Part shown: positions 1 through 10,346 of the stretch, piece after piece
Layout of the letters: the number at the start of each line of letters is the position of its first letter
Numbering within the stretch: the first letter of the stretch is position 1
Origin: Candidatus Bathyarchaeia archaeon
GTDB taxonomy: Archaea > Thermoproteota > Bathyarchaeia > Bathyarchaeales > Bathycorpusculaceae
Length of the DNA: 61,953 nucleotides
Direction of reading: 5' to 3'
NCBI GenBank assembly: GCA_049970895.1
Contig: JBMFMB010000007.1
Coordinates: 1 to 61,953 of the forward strand
The notes under the pieces: generated by a model
Databases searched by the model: none
Seen by the model: only the letters and a program-made list of their open reading frames with translations
What the model was told of the DNA's origin: nothing
Program-made: the position numbers and the translations under genes

Positions 1-1
1 A

Positions 2-355
2 ATGGGTTCTCCAACATATTATGGGCAGATGTCCGCTAGGCTTAAAGCTTTGATAGACGAGTCTGTGAAAATCCACGGCAAGCTTGAGGGCAAAGTTGGC
101 GCAGCCTTCACGAGTTCAGGCGGGACAGCCACAGGCGCAGAAACAACCCTATTGTCCATATTAAAGGCCATGCTTATCCATGGAATGATAGTTCAAGGAA
201 GAGCAGACGACAAGCATTACGGCGCGGCAGCTGTGGAAAAACCAGACAAGGAGGAGCTTGAATACTGCCGTGAACTTGGGAAAAGAACAGCCACCCTAGT
301 CAAAAAACTGAAAACTAAATTTCACGATGGTGGAGGTGGGCCCGGCCGGATTTGA
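2..355 (+). CDS. Flavodoxin/WrbA-like NAD(P)H:quinone oxidoreductase family, 5'-truncated by the window edge
   Basis: GSPTYYG and GKVGAAFTSSGG...GAETTL motifs; the 3' end overlaps the antisense tRNA. Confidence 0.85.
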   Translation: MGSPTYYGQMSARLKALIDESVKIHGKLEGKVGAAFTSSGGTATGAETTLLSILKAMLIHGMIVQGRADDKHYGAAAVEKPDKEELEYCRELGKRTATLVKKLKTKFHDGGGGPGRI

Positions 356-411
356 ACCGGCGACCAACAGGTTATGAGCCTGTCGCTCTAACCTAGCTGA
401 GCTACGGGCCC
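337..411 (-). tRNA. tRNA with CAU anticodon, most likely tRNA-Ile2 (agmatidine type)
   Basis: Reverse complement GGGCCCGTAGCTCAG...ACAGG-CTCATAA-CCTGT...GGTTCAAATCC...CGGGCCCA folds as a cloverleaf; GGGCCCG acceptor resembles archaeal tRNA-Ile rather than Met. Confidence 0.9.
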
Positions 412-574
412 CTACGGTTGATAGAATTTGTTGCGCCATTATGAAAGTTTTACGGTTAAAGGGTGATTTTGCACGGGAATCCTTTTTAGGAATTTGCAGC
501 TGGAATATTTGTTGCCGACGCTTTTCCAAATTTATGAGCCTTACAAAGCTCTGGAGAGGTGTGTGGGGTTAGGG

Positions 575-2893
575 ATGGGTGCTGAGGATAGGTTTAGGGT
601 TGAGCGGGCCCTAACAGATATGATGAAGGAGGCCCTTAGGGCTTTTCATAGGAGGCTCATTGTTGTTTGTGGTGAGAACTCCTCGGATGTTTTGGCTTAT
701 GTCATTTTGAGGCATTATGTGCTTAGGGGCGGCAGCGAGGAAAGGGTTGTTTTTGTGCATGGCGGTGGAGACAGCGAAAGGGGAGAAACAAAAGCCTTCA
801 AGGAGTTGGTTGAGAAGCTTGAGGGAATGGCCTATCCAGTGGCTAATGTTAGGCGCTACACTTTTGAGGATACACATAGGATTATGGGGACAACCAACGA
901 CATCCTAATCCTAGACATGAGTGTTGGGGCTAGACCAAACGATTTGGGACGCCTAATAGAAACTGTTCGAGGTGGGGGATTGGCGGTGCTTTACAATCTC
1001 GACTTGAAGGTTGAAAAACCATGGTGCACAAGCATCCATTATAGGTTGGCTTCTCCACCCTACACTATGCAAGACTTGAAAAACAGGTTTGAAAGACTTT
1101 TTGTGAGGAAGATTCTCGAAGACCCCAGCGTCTGGATTATTGAAAACTGGAAAATTGTTAAGGGAAACCTCCTAAACCCGCCAAAAATTGTTAGAGAAAA
1201 GCCAATCCCGCCGAGGAGAAGCAAAATCCCCCAGCCAATTCTTGAACAAGTGTTAACACGTGAGCAGATGGAAGCCATAAGGGCTTTTGAACTGCTCGTC
1301 AGCAAGAAGAGGGGGATAATGGTTTTGACATCCAACCGTGGTAGAGGGAAATCCGCCCTACTGGGGTTTGGAGCCGCTGCCCTCATGTCCCTAGGTTTTG
1401 AGAGGATAATTGTTACGGCTCCTGCTTGCGAGGAAACCCAAACAGTTTTTGAGATGGCTGAAAGGGGGCTTTCATCAATAGGCGAGCGGGTTAGACGCGA
1501 ATACATAAATGACTTAATCTACCGGCTGACATGCAAACGGGGAGTCTTGGAGTTTATTCCGCCATACAAGACTTTGGGAGAAAACGCCAACGCGGTCTTA
1601 GTTGACGAGGCCGGCGGAATCCACGTTTCGCTCCTATTCCAAATAGCTGAAAAATTTCCAAGGGCTATTTTCGCCTCAACAGTGCATGGCTATGAAGGTG
1701 CTGGCAGAGGCTTCTCTCTAAGATTCCTAAAAACCATAGAGAAGCTTGAAGACGTAAAACCCTACATTATAGAGCTTAAAGAACCAATAAGGTATGCCCC
1801 AGAAGACCCTGTTGAAAAGTGGCTTTATGAAACGCTACTTCTAAATGCTGAGCCAGCAGAACTGGAAGGCGAGAAAATAAGCCTTGAGGAATGCATTTAC
1901 ACAGAGCCAAACTTGGACTTGTGGTTTGAGGAGGACGAGGAGCGCCTCCGCCAGTTTGTAGGCATATACGTCCTCGCCCACTATAGAAATAGACCAGACG
2001 ACTTGCTAATTCTTGGGGATGCACCCCACCATTCGGCTAGAGCGGTTTTTTCGCCTTCTGGCAAGGTTCTCGTGGCTTTGCAGGTTGATGAAGAGGGGAG
2101 ATTGAGCGATGATCTTGTGGAGCAGGTCTTAACCGGCAAGCCTCCATCAGGGCATCTTATCCCATCATGCATTGTGAAGTACAACCCGCACTTTAGGGAT
2201 TTTTCGAAGCTTAGGGGTTTGAGGGTTGTTAGGATTGCAACCCATCCAGAGCTTATGCGCAGAGGCTTGGGGAGCTTAGCCCTAACAAGGCTTTGCGATG
2301 AAGCTTCCCAAGAAGGTTTTGAATGGGTTGGAGCTAGTTTTGGGGCAAACCCCGAGCTTGTGGATTTCTGGCTTAAAAATGGGTTCGTGCCAGTGCACAT
2401 AAGTCCGATGAGGAATGTGGCTTCAGGAGAGTTCAGCGTCATAGTCGTCAAACCGTTAAATGAGCAGGTGGAAAATGCCGTTAGAGAAATTCATAGGGAG
2501 TTTAAGCTTAGGCTTTTGGAGGCTTTGCCAGATACCTATTTTAACCTTGAACCCAAAGTTGCTGCGAGGCTTCTTAAAAAGCAAAAATGGACTAGCAGGG
2601 AAGCCCTAAACCTATCCCAGTCCCAGAAAGGGCGTTTGTTTCAGTATGCTGATGGAAACCTCGCCTATGAAGGGGCATGCGACGCCGTTAAACAGCTTTT
2701 AAGGCATCATTTTATGTGTTCTGGAGAAGCTAGAATGGACTTGGATGTGAACTTGGAAGCTAAGCTCGTCGCGAGGTGTCTTCAAGCCCGCTCATGGGGG
2801 CGCGTCACGAAAGCCTTCAAAACCCAGTCATCCAGCCTAAAAGCGGAAGTGCGCTCCCACATCGCCAATATGGTTAAATTTTACAGTGTTTAA
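575..2893 (+). CDS. tmcA: tRNA(Met) cytidine acetyltransferase TmcA/Nat10 family
   Basis: Helicase-like RGRGKS, DEA, STVHGYEGAGRGF and HYRNRPDDL motifs plus GNAT RIATHP...RRGLG; start could be slightly upstream. Confidence 0.93.
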   Translation: MGAEDRFRVERALTDMMKEALRAFHRRLIVVCGENSSDVLAYVILRHYVLRGGSEERVVFVHGGGDSERGETKAFKELVEKLEGMAYPVANVRRYTFEDTHRIMGTTNDILILDMSVGARPNDLGRLIETVRGGGLAVLYNLDLKVEKPWCTSIHYRLASPPYTMQDLKNRFERLFVRKILEDPSVWIIENWKIVKGNLLNPPKIVREKPIPPRRSKIPQPILEQVLTREQMEAIRAFELLVSKKRGIMVLTSNRGRGKSALLGFGAAALMSLGFERIIVTAPACEETQTVFEMAERGLSSIGERVRREYINDLIYRLTCKRGVLEFIPPYKTLGENANAVLVDEAGGIHVSLLFQIAEKFPRAIFASTVHGYEGAGRGFSLRFLKTIEKLEDVKPYIIELKEPIRYAPEDPVEKWLYETLLLNAEPAELEGEKISLEECIYTEPNLDLWFEEDEERLRQFVGIYVLAHYRNRPDDLLILGDAPHHSARAVFSPSGKVLVALQVDEEGRLSDDLVEQVLTGKPPSGHLIPSCIVKYNPHFRDFSKLRGLRVVRIATHPELMRRGLGSLALTRLCDEASQEGFEWVGASFGANPELVDFWLKNGFVPVHISPMRNVASGEFSVIVVKPLNEQVENAVREIHREFKLRLLEALPDTYFNLEPKVAARLLKKQKWTSREALNLSQSQKGRLFQYADGNLAYEGACDAVKQLLRHHFMCSGEARMDLDVNLEAKLVARCLQARSWGRVTKAFKTQSSSLKAEVRSHIANMVKFYSV

Positions 2894-2945
2894 GGCGTCC
2901 AGCATCAAAACAATTTTAAGGATGCTGCGCCGCTAATTTAGAACC

Positions 2946-3254
2946 ATGGAAGGCTTTAAGGCTCCGGAACTAAAAGTTTTCACAATGCCGACATGCTCAA
3001 GCTGCCCATCGGCAAAGCAAATAGCCATCGAAGTCGCCAAAAAATTTGGCTTGCCATACCGCGAGGTTAACATGAACACCCAAGAGGGCTTGGCTGAGGG
3101 GCTTGCCCACCAAATAATGAGCGTCCCAAGCGTGGTTTTGGGCGACGAGGTCATAGTTGTTGGACGCCTACTCTCTAGGGAAAAGCTTGAGGAAGAAGTC
3201 CGAAAAAGGTTGGAGAATTGGCGTGCCAGAGCCTCTTCAGAAACAAAGAGATGA
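2946..3254 (+). CDS. Thioredoxin/glutaredoxin family protein
   Basis: CSSC motif and MSVP cis-Pro loop. Confidence 0.85.
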   Translation: MEGFKAPELKVFTMPTCSSCPSAKQIAIEVAKKFGLPYREVNMNTQEGLAEGLAHQIMSVPSVVLGDEVIVVGRLLSREKLEEEVRKRLENWRARASSETKR

Positions 3255-3604
3255 AAACTTTGGAGGATGTTAAAAGGGCTGTAACTATCTTCAATTATGC
3301 GGAGAAGATTAAAACAAGCCTCTTAGAACTTCTTGGCGAAACGAGGGACGAAGTGGAAACCGTCGGTGCGGAAAAAATTTCGGTGGCCTATCTCAACGCC
3401 CTAATAGTTGAGGTTAATATTGCTGCTAATGCCTCTCAGGTTGAGGGCTTTAGGAATATAGCCTCAAAACTCCAAAAAGCTGCAGAACAGGTGAGACTTC
3501 ACAACTACACGGCTGTCCAGAGGTTCATTTCAGAAGCCATTTCTATGGCTGTAACTCAAGGAAACTGTGCGGCGGAATTTCTTAAGGAGAAAAACCTAAT
3601 CTAG
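3251..3604 (+). CDS. Hypothetical alpha-helical protein
   Basis: ATGA overlap with the thioredoxin stop codon; intact ORF. Confidence 0.6.
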   Translation: MKTLEDVKRAVTIFNYAEKIKTSLLELLGETRDEVETVGAEKISVAYLNALIVEVNIAANASQVEGFRNIASKLQKAAEQVRLHNYTAVQRFISEAISMAVTQGNCAAEFLKEKNLI

Positions 3605-4493
3605 CCGTGCTCCGCCCAGCCTTCATTCTTTCAAAGTGGAATAGGTATTCTTGGGCATAGCCAGCATAAACGCCAAAATACCTCCGCCCAAAAAGGCTAA
3701 GCCTCTCATAATCCGCTTTGCCCAACGATTTTTTAAGCGAAATTTTTCTGATAAACTCCTTTTCAAAATAGTTTGTGTAATGCCTCACCATCACACGTTT
3801 CATCCACACATCCACCGGAAAAGCCTCAAACTTTTCTAGAGCAAAAAGTGCCACACAATCTGCCACTTTTAAGCCTACGCCCTTTAAAGTCAGCAGCCTT
3901 TCTCTGGCTTCCTCATAGCTCCTCCTTTTTAAATCTTCAATTTCAAGCTCGCCACCGGCAACTTTTTTGGCAACCTCAGCCACATATTTGGCTCTGTAGC
4001 CCAAACCACACTTAGTCAACTGCCTTAGGCTTGCTCTAGCCAATTTTTCCGCTGTTGGAAAAGTGTAAAGGGCGTAGCAGTCCAACACTGTTTTTTCTCC
4101 GAAGTTTCTTGAAAGGTTTTGGAGCATCCTCTTTATGGCTGGAATATTCTTGTAAGTGGCGCATATGTAGGATATGAGGCACTCCCAAGGATCTTGGCGT
4201 AAAATCCTTAAGCCCTTAAGGGTTTTAACAGCCTTCTCAATATGGTTGTCTTTTGTGATTTGCAATAGAATTTTTGGCAAGTCGTCGCCTAATCCAAAAT
4301 AAGCCTTTACAAAGCTTGAGTCGACGTTCTCAAATTCGAGTATGTTGCGGATCTGTCTAATCTTTAAGGGCGTGTCTCCGACTATGCCGTACCACCAATC
4401 GCCAGCTTTCTCCCATCTGAAGGCTTGACCACAACATAGCGTCAAATCCAAGTTGAAGAGCTGGGATGGCTTCAAAACAATTTTCAATGACAT
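3582..4493 (-). CDS. 8-oxoguanine DNA glycosylase (OGG1-like, HhH-GPD)
   Basis: TLCCGQAFRW, LRQDPWECLIS, HhH motif LKGVGLKVAD, FPVDVW, YAGYAQEYLF. Confidence 0.9.
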   Translation of the reverse strand: MSLKIVLKPSQLFNLDLTLCCGQAFRWEKAGDWWYGIVGDTPLKIRQIRNILEFENVDSSFVKAYFGLGDDLPKILLQITKDNHIEKAVKTLKGLRILRQDPWECLISYICATYKNIPAIKRMLQNLSRNFGEKTVLDCYALYTFPTAEKLARASLRQLTKCGLGYRAKYVAEVAKKVAGGELEIEDLKRRSYEEARERLLTLKGVGLKVADCVALFALEKFEAFPVDVWMKRVMVRHYTNYFEKEFIRKISLKKSLGKADYERLSLFGRRYFGVYAGYAQEYLFHFERMKAGRSTARLGFSP

Positions 4494-4504
4494 TACGACA
4501 CCCC

Positions 4505-6715
4505 TTATTCCTCGTCTATAAACATTTCCGGAGTAGGCTTTTCCGGTGGCAGCCCCTTCCTTTCGCGTATTCGTCTAATAACTTCTGGAGCTATGTTTTC
4601 CGGAACCCTTTCCCAGTGGCTGAAGGTGCACTGCCAGAAGGCATGTCCAGAGGTGGCTGAACGCATCTCAGCCGACAAGCCGAAAGTCTCAGCAACTGGA
4701 ATATAACCCGTAATCGTTGTTAGGATACCCTTCTGTTCAGAAGCCAAAATTTTCCCCCGCTTCCGCGTTATTATGCTTGTGCACTCACCAACCCACCGGA
4801 CTGGAACGGAAACCCCAATTTTGTAGACGGGTTCGAGAAGCACCGGCTTAGCCGTCAGAAAAGAGCCTAAAATTGCACGGCGAATGGCTGGCATTATCTG
4901 GGCTGGTCCCCGGTGAACCGGGTCCTCATGAAGTTGGACATCCATAAGCTTGACTTTAACTCCGCGAATGGACTCCTCGCATAGTGGTCCAGCCCTGCAA
5001 GCCCATCTAAAACCGGCAATAATCATTTCCCTTGCTTCTCTGAGGTACTGGACGCCCTTTGTGGCGTCTATGAATATGTTGCGGTGCTCGTCTATGGCCC
5101 AAACATTCCGAGCCTCTTCAGCGGGCCATCCAGCCTCCTTGAAGAGTATGTTGCCGATTTGCTTTATCCCCACTTCTTCGGCGATTTCGCCAGCCTCTAT
5201 CAAGTTTATGGCCTTCTCGTCTAAGGGTTCAACCTGAACCCAGAACCTGTTGTGCTTGTTGGGGCTTTTAGCCATGGCCACTGCGCCTTTTCCAGCAACA
5301 CTTTCCCTATAAACAACTATTGGCGTTGAAGTTATAATCTCCAATCCGCCACCATAATCCCTTAAGAATTTGACAGCAATTTCCAAGTGGAGTTCGCCCA
5401 TTCCGCTAAGCAGGTATTCGCCAGTCTCCTTGTTAATAGTGGTTATAAGGTTTGGATCTTCAATGGAAAGCCTATTCATGGCGTCCACTAGACGCGGCAA
5501 GTCTCTCGGATACTTCGGCTCAATAGCAATTGTTATGACCGGTTCTGAAACATATTTTATGCGTTCAAAGGGAACCATGACGTCTTTGTGGGCAAAGTCC
5601 ACGAGGGTTTCCCCAGCCCGTGCCAAATCCAAACCTAAAAGGGCTGCAATGTTTCCAGCTGTTATTTTGTCCACAACTTCTCTGAAGGCACCCATGTACA
5701 TGGAAACTTGCTGTACACGGTAGTCTTTGCGAGCCCCAACCAAATAGACATGGTCACCCTCCTTAACAGAGCCTGAAAACAGCCTTCCAGTGGCCACAAG
5801 ACCAGCATGGGGGTCCATCTGAGCCATTGTTATGCACATTACCGTTGGACCGTTGTCATCGCAGTTTAGCATGGCTTGTCCAATTTCGGAGTTTAAGTCT
5901 CCCTTCCATATTCTTGGCAACCTATACTTTTGGGCTTCAATCGGGTTTGGAATGTTTTTCACAACCATGTCTAGGATGGCGTTGTGGAGTGGAATCAAAT
6001 CCGCAAGTTTTTGGTGTTCTCCCCTCATGTAAGCCTCCATTATATCGCTGAATTTTACGCCTCTTTCTTGGGCAATTTTTAGGGTGAAGCCCCATCGGTG
6101 CAGGGCGGAACCAAAAGCCACAGTTTCCTTCTGCGGGTCAACCTTCCACTTGTCTTTGAATTCTGGCTCGCCGTAAAGCTCTATCAAATTGTTGAAGTCT
6201 CTGATAATTCTCAAAAAATTGTCATGGATCTCGCTTGGAGTAAGCCTCAACTCCTTTATCAAACGGTCAACCTTGTTAATGAATAGGACTGGTCGAACCC
6301 TTTCCTCTAGGGCTTGACGGGTCACTGTTTCTGTTTGAACCATAACCTCCTCGACAGCGTCAACAACCACCACTGCACCGTCTATAGCCCTCAAAGCCCT
6401 TGTAACCTTACCTGTAAAGTCCACATGCCCAGGTGTGTCAATTAGGTTTATGACGTATGGATGTCCCTTAATCTCGTGCAAAAGCGAAATGTTAGCCGTC
6501 TTGATGGTTATTCCGCGTTTTTGTTCCTCTTCCAAATAGTCCAATGCTCTGGCTTCTCCGGCTATTTTTGGCGAAAGCAAGCCGGCCTCAGCCAAAAGCG
6601 AGTCCGTCATGGTTGTTTTTCCATGGTCTATGTGGGCTATTATGCCGATGTTGCGGATATCCTCCTTCCTATGCATAAGCCTTAGAATTTCCACGGTCTG
6701 CCTAAACTTTGGCAA
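4505..6715 (-). CDS. fusA: Translation elongation factor 2 (canonical-type switch I)
   Basis: AHIDHGKT, RGITI, DTPGH, NKVD, GMGELHL and diphthamide loop HEDPVHRGPAQI. Confidence 0.95.
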   Translation of the reverse strand: MPKFRQTVEILRLMHRKEDIRNIGIIAHIDHGKTTMTDSLLAEAGLLSPKIAGEARALDYLEEEQKRGITIKTANISLLHEIKGHPYVINLIDTPGHVDFTGKVTRALRAIDGAVVVVDAVEEVMVQTETVTRQALEERVRPVLFINKVDRLIKELRLTPSEIHDNFLRIIRDFNNLIELYGEPEFKDKWKVDPQKETVAFGSALHRWGFTLKIAQERGVKFSDIMEAYMRGEHQKLADLIPLHNAILDMVVKNIPNPIEAQKYRLPRIWKGDLNSEIGQAMLNCDDNGPTVMCITMAQMDPHAGLVATGRLFSGSVKEGDHVYLVGARKDYRVQQVSMYMGAFREVVDKITAGNIAALLGLDLARAGETLVDFAHKDVMVPFERIKYVSEPVITIAIEPKYPRDLPRLVDAMNRLSIEDPNLITTINKETGEYLLSGMGELHLEIAVKFLRDYGGGLEIITSTPIVVYRESVAGKGAVAMAKSPNKHNRFWVQVEPLDEKAINLIEAGEIAEEVGIKQIGNILFKEAGWPAEEARNVWAIDEHRNIFIDATKGVQYLREAREMIIAGFRWACRAGPLCEESIRGVKVKLMDVQLHEDPVHRGPAQIMPAIRRAILGSFLTAKPVLLEPVYKIGVSVPVRWVGECTSIITRKRGKILASEQKGILTTITGYIPVAETFGLSAEMRSATSGHAFWQCTFSHWERVPENIAPEVIRRIRERKGLPPEKPTPEMFIDEE

Positions 6716-6934
6716 TTATAGAATCACCAGACGCTGGCTTTTCCAATTTTATAAGTCAAGAGACAAGGTTTCCATAACCTTAAAAGTTTTATGGGTTGCG
6801 TGCAAAAAGTTAATATGGTTCATTTTTCATTTGCATGTAGCCTAACGCGGCAAGCGAATAACAATGTTTGCTATGAAACTGTGCAAACAACTTTCAGTTT
6901 TCAAGCTTTTGGTTAGTGTGGGGTATGCATAGCC

Positions 6935-9154
6935 ATGGGTCGTTATAGGCAGATAGAGGAAATAGTTAAACTGATGAGTCAAACCGAGAGGATAAGAAAC
7001 ACAAGCATAATAGCCCACGTAGACCACGGTAAGACGACACTTTCAGACAGCCTTTTGGCGGCTGCCGGTATTATTAGCGAGCAGGTGGCTGGGCAGAAGC
7101 TTTTCTTAGATTCTTGGGAACTTGAACAGAAGAGGCAGATGACGGTTTTTGCTTCCAACATAAGCCTAGTCCACACCTACAAGGGTGTGGATTACCTCAT
7201 AAACTTGATCGACACGCCTGGACACATAGACTTCAGTGGAAACGTGACGAGAAGCCTAAGGGCTGTTGACGGCGCCTTGGTGGTTGTTGACGCTGTTGAA
7301 GGTCCCATGACCCAAACGGAAACCGTTTTAATGCAAGCCCTCCGCGAAAGAGTTAAACCAATACTGTTCATTAATAAGGTTGACCGTCTAATCCGAGAGT
7401 TGAAGCTAACCCCAGAAGAGATTCAGAAGAAATTTGCAAGAATAATAACGAGGATAAACACCATAATTGAGAAATACGCGCCACCAGAGCATAAGAAGGA
7501 CTGGCAGGTTAAAGTTGAGGATGGACGTGTTGCCTTTGGTTCTGCACTCCACAAGTGGGGCTTAAACCTACCCCACATGAAGGCCAAGGGCATAACTTTC
7601 AGGGATATTATTGATGCTTACACTGGTGAGCCAGAAGAAATTGGGCGAAAGGTTGAGGCCCTAAGCAAACGCATACCCGTATACGAACCGGTGCTGGACA
7701 TGTTCTGCGAGCACCTCCCAAGTCCATTGGAGGCCCAGCCATACAGACAAAGCCAAATCTGGCCAGGAGACCCAAACAGCCCTGTTGGCAAGGCTATGGC
7801 TAAGGTTGACCCAAATGGGCCGCTTTTGATGTGTATAACCTTTATTGAGGTTGACCCTCACAGCGGTGTTGTCGCCATTGGAAGAGTTTTTAGCGGCACT
7901 GTGGAGAAAGGCAAAACCGTCCGCCTTGTGACAAGCCGCCAGAAGGGGAGCATACAGCAGGTTTACATGAGCATGGCAACAGACAGAGTCATAGTGGAGA
8001 GGATTCCAGCTGGGAACATTGCGGCACTCTCTGGTTTGCCATCCATCCACGTTGGCGAAACAATAGCGGAAGAAGGCGTTGAAACAGCACCCTTTGAAGC
8101 CCTAAAGTATGTTTCAGATCCTGTTGTCACCGTGGCCGTTGAACCTGAGGACGTTAAGGACTTGCCTCTTTTCGACAAGGTTATTCATAAGCTGACGCTT
8201 GAGGACCCGAACCTCCACTTTAAAATAGACAAGGAAAGCGGGCAATACTTGCTCAGCGGAATGGGCGAACTTCACTTGGAGGTTACGGCTTACCGTATGC
8301 AGGAGGCTGGCTTGAAGGTTAGGATGAGCAAGCCCATTGTGATTTACCGTGAAACCATAAGCCGCGACTATAAGGGTCCGCCAGTCATGGGCAAGAGCCC
8401 CAACAAACATAATAGGCTTTGGGTGACGGTTGAAAGGCTCCAGCCAGAAGTTATTGAGGCCATTAAGACTGGCAAGATTAATGAAATGCAAAGCCGTGAT
8501 GAACGCCAGAAAATCCTAATGAAGGAGTTCGACTGGCCAACCGAAGACGCAAGAAACGTGATCGCCATAGAAGGCACAAACGTGCTGGTTAACAGGATTA
8601 AGGGTAGGCAGTATGTTGAAGAAGTCCTAGACCATGTTAAGTCGGGCTTTAGGGATGCTGTTACCACGGGTGTTTTGGCAAAGGAACCCATGTACGGGCT
8701 TAAAGTAAACCTTGAAGATATCCTCATCCATGAGGACCCAGTCCACCGGGGGCCAGCTCAGATTCTGCCAATGACTTGGCGTCCAATTTGGGGCGCCTTC
8801 CTCCTAAGCGAGCCAAAACTTTTAGAGCCAATCCTAAGCTTTGAATGTAAGGTTCCCAACGACTTCGTCAGCCCAGTCATTACACTTTTGCAGAAGCGCC
8901 GAGGAAAAATCCTTGACATGGTTAACGAGGAGGACATGGTTATTGTTAAGGCTGAGTTGCCAGTGGCGGAATCCTTTGGAATAGCCGACGAGCTCCGCTC
9001 TTCAACTCAGGGGAGAGCCTTTTGGGCAACCCAGTTCAGCCGATGGGCACCAGTGCCAGAATCAATGCAAGCAGAGGTCATAAGGCAGATACGCGAAAGA
9101 AAAGGCTTGCCGCCAACACCGCCTGGACCAGAAGAATTTTGCGAAGAAGAATAA
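6935..9154 (+). CDS. Elongation factor 2 paralog (EF-2p-like)
   Basis: AHVDHGKT, DTPGH, NKVD, HEDPVHRGPAQI; switch I reads RQMTV instead of RGITI. Confidence 0.9.
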   Translation: MGRYRQIEEIVKLMSQTERIRNTSIIAHVDHGKTTLSDSLLAAAGIISEQVAGQKLFLDSWELEQKRQMTVFASNISLVHTYKGVDYLINLIDTPGHIDFSGNVTRSLRAVDGALVVVDAVEGPMTQTETVLMQALRERVKPILFINKVDRLIRELKLTPEEIQKKFARIITRINTIIEKYAPPEHKKDWQVKVEDGRVAFGSALHKWGLNLPHMKAKGITFRDIIDAYTGEPEEIGRKVEALSKRIPVYEPVLDMFCEHLPSPLEAQPYRQSQIWPGDPNSPVGKAMAKVDPNGPLLMCITFIEVDPHSGVVAIGRVFSGTVEKGKTVRLVTSRQKGSIQQVYMSMATDRVIVERIPAGNIAALSGLPSIHVGETIAEEGVETAPFEALKYVSDPVVTVAVEPEDVKDLPLFDKVIHKLTLEDPNLHFKIDKESGQYLLSGMGELHLEVTAYRMQEAGLKVRMSKPIVIYRETISRDYKGPPVMGKSPNKHNRLWVTVERLQPEVIEAIKTGKINEMQSRDERQKILMKEFDWPTEDARNVIAIEGTNVLVNRIKGRQYVEEVLDHVKSGFRDAVTTGVLAKEPMYGLKVNLEDILIHEDPVHRGPAQILPMTWRPIWGAFLLSEPKLLEPILSFECKVPNDFVSPVITLLQKRRGKILDMVNEEDMVIVKAELPVAESFGIADELRSSTQGRAFWATQFSRWAPVPESMQAEVIRQIRERKGLPPTPPGPEEFCEEE

Positions 9155-9189
9155 ACACAGCTTTTCCTCTTTTTAGCATGTTCTTTTAA

Positions 9190-9984
9190 ATGCGAGCCTT
9201 ATCCATGTCTAGTGTGGAAATGGGAACTGAAAGCCTAAAGATTTCTCTTGGTGGTCTCCGCGAAGAGTCATTCGCCTCAATACTATGCTATCCAGAACCC
9301 AGCAAAGCTGAAGTGGAAAAACGCCTAAAAGAGCTGGAAAAATTGGGCGTTACAGCGCTGGAATTTTGCGGAGAAAAACAAGTTGCCAATTTGAAAGTTT
9401 TGGGCAAAGGATGCGTTGGCATAGTTGTGAAGGCTTTCAGGGAAAGTGGCGAGGCTGTTGCCCTAAAAATTCGGAGGGTGGACGCCGACCGTGCCATGAT
9501 GCTGCATGAGGCTGAAATGTTGAAGGTGGCTAATTCTGTTGGTGTTGGACCACAGTTTTTGGGCGTTAGTAAGAACTTTCTTGTCATGCAGTTTGTTGAG
9601 GGCATTTTGCTTCCAGAATGGCTGGAAAAATGCCGGGGCAAAACACGTCTAAAAATGGTTTTGAGGGACATTCTAGAGCAGTGTTGGCGTCTTGACCGTG
9701 CCGGTTTGGACCACGGCGAATTAAGTCACGCCTCAAAACACGTAATTGTGGATAGCCATGGCAAGCCCGTTATAGTGGACTTTGAAACTGCAAGCCAGAA
9801 CCGCAAACCCTCAAATGTGACGTCTATTGCACAGTTCCTCTTCATAAGTGGAACTGTAGCCCAAAAAATAGCCCAAAAACTTGGTGAAAAGGATAAGGAG
9901 GCGGTTGTTGAGGCTTTAAGGCGTTATAAGGCTGATGGAAGCCGCCAAAACTTTGAGGCACTACTGTCTGTTTGCAATCTCTAG
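9190..9984 (+). CDS. Archaeal Ser/Thr protein kinase (RIO/Bud32-like fold)
   Basis: LGKGCVGIV glycine loop, VALK, HGEL catalytic loop, VDFE. Confidence 0.85.
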   Translation: MRALSMSSVEMGTESLKISLGGLREESFASILCYPEPSKAEVEKRLKELEKLGVTALEFCGEKQVANLKVLGKGCVGIVVKAFRESGEAVALKIRRVDADRAMMLHEAEMLKVANSVGVGPQFLGVSKNFLVMQFVEGILLPEWLEKCRGKTRLKMVLRDILEQCWRLDRAGLDHGELSHASKHVIVDSHGKPVIVDFETASQNRKPSNVTSIAQFLFISGTVAQKIAQKLGEKDKEAVVEALRRYKADGSRQNFEALLSVCNL

Positions 9985-10229
9985 GCAACATAGTCAATCT
10001 TAGGCTTTGCATTAGTGCCTGCGTTTCGCCCGCTTTTTCTATCATCAACAAGTTCAAGTTTCAACTCGTTCAAGAGCTGGGTCAAGTCCAGCCAAGTCTC
10101 CACTTGGAGCTGTCTGGCAACCCTCCTCTTCTCATAAAGAAGCGGAATGAAATCGATGAAAAGCCAGCCGTAGGATTCAGCCAAAGGTTTTCTCTCCCTT
10201 CCCCTTTCCCCAATAAGAGGAAAAGGCAC
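9981..10229 (-). CDS. Possible small hypothetical protein or gene remnant
   Basis: 82-codon ORF filling the gap; no motif recognised. Confidence 0.3.
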   Translation of the reverse strand: MPFPLIGERGRERKPLAESYGWLFIDFIPLLYEKRRVARQLQVETWLDLTQLLNELKLELVDDRKSGRNAGTNAKPKIDYVA

Positions 10230-10346
10230 TAACCATTTATAACCGTGTACGGAAGAATCTTCTATTGGAAAAGGCCGTGAAAGTTTTTAATGGTCGTGTT
10301 GAAAAGGTTTAAAACTGGCTTTCTGGAATTTAGCCACGGTGTTCCA

